Source: Carpediemonas membranifera BICM (Eukaryota > Protista > Fornicata). From it: DNA of 64,000 nucleotides. The notes beneath the pieces were generated by a model. The model worked only from the letters and a program-made list of their open reading frames with translations. It was not told the DNA's origin and made no database searches. The stretch's first letter is position 1. Every line of letters starts with the position of its first letter. Positions 60,942 through 64,000 of the stretch are shown here, piece by piece. The stretch covers positions 464,244-528,243 of the forward strand of contig JAHDYR010000067.1 of assembly GCA_019828565.1 (NCBI GenBank), in the 5' to 3' direction. The translations under genes were made by a program, and so were the position numbers.

Positions 60942-61684
60942 CAGTGAGCTCCTTGCATGTCTCAGGCAGGACGCTGTCCTCGCATGACCAGAGAAGGTTG
61001 AGCGACCAAGGAGATGCTGCAGCTCAGGGCAGACTGTCGGCCAGAGGCCCCGGGCGGTGTCAGTCGCGCGAAACCGGCCGCGCACTTTTGCAGCTTTTTT
61101 CACGCAAAAAAGTCAGAGGGCCGAAGCGCCGCGAACTGAGCGTCTTGCTCGTTCTCATGCTTCGGCGCTCGCTAATGCTTCTGCCTTCAGCCCCTGCATG
61201 GGCTGCGCGGCGAGGCACTTAGCGAAACGCACGTGAACTCCACGGCTGCGAATGCCTTAACGCATCGGGGCTACTCAGACACACGGTATACGCCATCTTT
61301 CAAACAACATCAACACGACGTCGGAAGCCCGTGCCAGGGCGCGCGAGCGCTCGGGAAGGTCTGAGTTCGACAGTGAGCTGCGAGAGGCAGTCGGCACGAA
61401 AGCGCCGCTGCAGGCACTAGAAAGCACCGCCGCTTGCTCGTTGACAGATGAGGCCCCGGCCGATGCTTAGAGCTCGCGGCGCTGGAAGCCTGCAGAAGTA
61501 TCTATCAGTCAAATGCGCGGGGCTGCTGGGCTCTCCCAGTAGAAACACAATTCAGACTACTCTCCGACGTCATCGCTAACCAACATCATCGCACCTCTAA
61601 ATGCCGCCTGCCGTTGTTGCCCAGGAGAATGGGTCGCGCGAGAGCACACGCGAGGCCAGACACCGCTGCTTCATGCCAGACCAC
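60942..61684 (+). repeat. RNase P RNA-containing repeat unit, copy 4
   Basis: Near-identical to 15046-15785. Confidence 0.95.
61317..61571 (+). ncRNA. RPR1: Nuclear RNase P RNA, copy 4
   Basis: All conserved regions present; the P2 3' strand GCGCGGG keeps pairing through a G-U wobble. Confidence 0.93.
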
Positions 61685-61819
61685 AAACTCAGCGGAGCTG
61701 AGCCTCAAGTCGCCGCAGATGAGGGCAGTTCATCAGAGAGACACTCTCTTCGCCAAGTCGGCCCGAACAGATAAATCAGTTTATAAGTCTACTCTCACAT
61801 ATATACAACCGCCACCGCC

Positions 61820-64000
61820 TCAAAACTCAAAAACAGATGCCGTGGCTACGCTATCCTCCTCATCCGACTCGGCCATAATAAATGAATCCATCTGCTCAAC
61901 AGAGAGCACACGAGCGCACTCCTTACAGACGCGGACCGGATCAGCTGGCCAGTCGCCCTCCTTTCGAATGACCTTCTTATACTTGCTGCACGTGCCACAG
62001 ACTAGCCGGCCGCAATGACGACAATGGTGGCGTTTCTTCTTGAGATTGCCGAACTTCTCGCTGCAAACCATGCATGCTGGCCCGTGGACCCAGGGTGGTG
62101 GTCGGTCAATGCTTCGAAGGATGGCGTCCCTGACACAAGCGTCACGGCACATCTGGAGAGGCGTCACATCGGTCTCGTCAGCAGCATGGATATTGGCCCC
62201 TGCGTTGACAAGACTAGTTGCAATGTCCGCATTGCCTGCCTGGACGGCAATGTGAAGCGGCGTCCTGCCCCGCCTGTCTGTGGCAGTGGGGTCTGCTCCA
62301 CGGCTGAGCATCAGCACCACGGCGCCTGGAGAGCCACTGCGGGCTGCAAAGTGCAGCGGTGTCTCACCGTTTGAGTTCTTCACGCCAATACACGCCTCGA
62401 TGATGCCGTGCTTGTCAAGCGTGGACAGAATCTCCGTCCTCCCGACGTTAGCGGCGAGGTGGGCGAGTGTGTTCATATCCTCGTCGACCAGCGGTGTCTC
62501 TCGGCCATCTCGGTGGAGCACAAGGGGTGCGCCATGCTTGAGAAGCTCCGCGGTGGCATTGACGCATCCGTTGGTGACTGCGACCATGACTGGACGCCGC
62601 TCCTGCCTGTCGTTCTCGTGGATGTTGGCCCCGCCGCCAATCAGCCGGGCAATGATCCCGTCGTCGTCCATCTGTGCCGCACGGTGCAGGGGTGTGAAGC
62701 CCTCGATATCCCTGACATTCCTGGCAACTTGAATGAGCGTTCTTCCCACCCGTTGGCTGATTCCAAGCACGAAATCGACCGCCTCTCGTCTTGAAGTAAG
62801 CACCGCGATATGGAGAATGCTCCTCCCCATCGTGTCGAGCTCGTTGATGTCGATACCGAGGCCAACAAGGATCTCGGCTGACTCGAGGTCGCCCTTGGTG
62901 ATGTACTGATGAAGCAGCGTCGCGGCACGGGCGCCATGGCGGACCAAGGAACGTGCAATGGTCTTGTCCCGCCTCTCCACGGCGATTGAAAGGGCAGTCT
63001 CGCGTTTAGGCTCGGTGCGGTGTGATACGTTGGTATCTAGCCGGTCCTTGATGAGCTCGAGAACCACACTCTGGGCGCCAATCCTGACTGCCTGGATCAG
63101 CGGCGTTTCCACAAACAGATTGATTGGGTCTGGCCGCTTGATGTAGTGCAGGTACCGGGCAACATCGGTCGGCTCACCCGTCTGAACCACCTCGTGAAGG
63201 AGCTGGTCGCCGTTGCAGTTCCAGGAGCGTGCCCCGCCTGCTCGATCGAGTGTAACGAACCAAGGGGCTGAGGCTGAGCATGCTAGGGCGAGTTGGGGCG
63301 CGGGCGTGGCCGAGGTGCGACAGACTGTCTGGTGCTCGAGGTCGACGACAACGCAGCCGGCGGGCTCGCCCTCGCTGAACAGCCACACATGGTCGGGTTG
63401 GTCGCTCCTGTCGATGGCGATGCGGGTGATAGGGCTGATCGGCTCAAGTGGCATCGACCAGGCGGTCTCCAGGGTGGCGGGGGAGACCATCGCGATCGAA
63501 TCCGCCTTGGCAACGAACAGTGCGTGTCTGAGCACACCTAGGGAGGTCGTGAGGATGCAGTGGCCATCAAACATGCTCATCTCGGGCAAATGGGAGCTCA
63601 GTTCATCGTTGGTGCCCATGAGGAAGGTGGCAACACTGGTGGCCTTCATCTTCTTGCCCGCGACAGCTGTCATGGTCTCAGAATCTACAGAGAAGACTTT
63701 TCCGGCGCTCCGGACAATAATCAGACCCCCGGTGGCCTCATTGTCGTGATAAACTGGAATAAACTGGGTCTGGTCGACTTCCGTTATTGGAAGCCGGCAG
63801 TGGACACTGGAACACTCCTCCATATCATAGTGGATCTTGCCAGCCAGAGAGGGGCGGCAAGCGCGGCGAAGGATGACGAGAGCGGCGCTGTCAGTAGACT
63901 TGAAAATGACTAGGATCCGGCCGTTGATGAGTCCGATGATGTCGAGGATCTCAGTGTAATCGTTATTAGATACGAAAGATATTGAGACATCGCCGACTTC
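61820..64000 (-). CDS. Ankyrin-repeat + C-terminal FYVE domain protein; 5' end lies beyond the window
   Basis: Multiple TPLH/TPL ankyrin repeats; FYVE motifs W...CMVC, RHHCRHCG, RVC. The frame is open from 63823 to base 64000. Confidence 0.9.
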   Translation of the reverse strand, partial: EVGDVSISFVSNNDYTEILDIIGLINGRILVIFKSTDSAALVILRRACRPSLAGKIHYDMEECSSVHCRLPITEVDQTQFIPVYHDNEATGGLIIVRSAGKVFSVDSETMTAVAGKKMKATSVATFLMGTNDELSSHLPEMSMFDGHCILTTSLGVLRHALFVAKADSIAMVSPATLETAWSMPLEPISPITRIAIDRSDQPDHVWLFSEGEPAGCVVVDLEHQTVCRTSATPAPQLALACSASAPWFVTLDRAGGARSWNCNGDQLLHEVVQTGEPTDVARYLHYIKRPDPINLFVETPLIQAVRIGAQSVVLELIKDRLDTNVSHRTEPKRETALSIAVERRDKTIARSLVRHGARAATLLHQYITKGDLESAEILVGLGIDINELDTMGRSILHIAVLTSRREAVDFVLGISQRVGRTLIQVARNVRDIEGFTPLHRAAQMDDDGIIARLIGGGANIHENDRQERRPVMVAVTNGCVNATAELLKHGAPLVLHRDGRETPLVDEDMNTLAHLAANVGRTEILSTLDKHGIIEACIGVKNSNGETPLHFAARSGSPGAVVLMLSRGADPTATDRRGRTPLHIAVQAGNADIATSLVNAGANIHAADETDVTPLQMCRDACVRDAILRSIDRPPPWVHGPACMVCSEKFGNLKKKRHHCRHCGRLVCGTCSKYKKVIRKEGDWPADPVRVCKECARVLSVEQMDSFIMAESDEEDSVATASVFEF

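Noticed and set aside
12037-61571. Functional link between amplified RNase P RNA and cleavage of the palindromic primer sites
   Set aside because: Only proximity supports it; the palindromes lack tRNA-like structure.

Overview
Gene-dense eukaryotic DNA with 30-37 nt spliceosomal introns. The host is probably an anaerobic protist; a Carpediemonas-like metamonad is my inference, not something the sequence proves. Host genes: partial TMC-like channel, CZIB/DUF866, PP2A scaffold A subunit, GH31 alpha-glucosidase, ZIP transporter (2 copies), a bacterial-type 2-hydroxyacyl-CoA dehydratase activator fusion with two introns, four mosaic copies of an RCC1-like gene family, and a partial ankyrin-FYVE protein. 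A ~750 bp repeat occurs four times and each copy contains a complete nuclear RNase P RNA gene. About 33 kb is retroelements: Ty3/gypsy chromovirus A (23661-41521) with three other LTR elements (D, C, B) nested in it, and a ~10.7 kb APE-type LINE (45283-60941) with a fifth LTR element (E) nested in it. Main signals: (1) all five LTR families have very short LTRs (56-130 bp) and a perfect palindrome fused to the 5' LTR end where a tRNA primer-binding site should be, suggesting tRNA-independent priming; (2) the LINE ORF1 region encodes a Maelstrom/arenavirus-NP-like DEDDh exonuclease; (3) element D carries an antisense gene with a chromodomain-like C-terminus; (4) the RNase P RNA gene is amplified and two retroelements inserted upstream of it.
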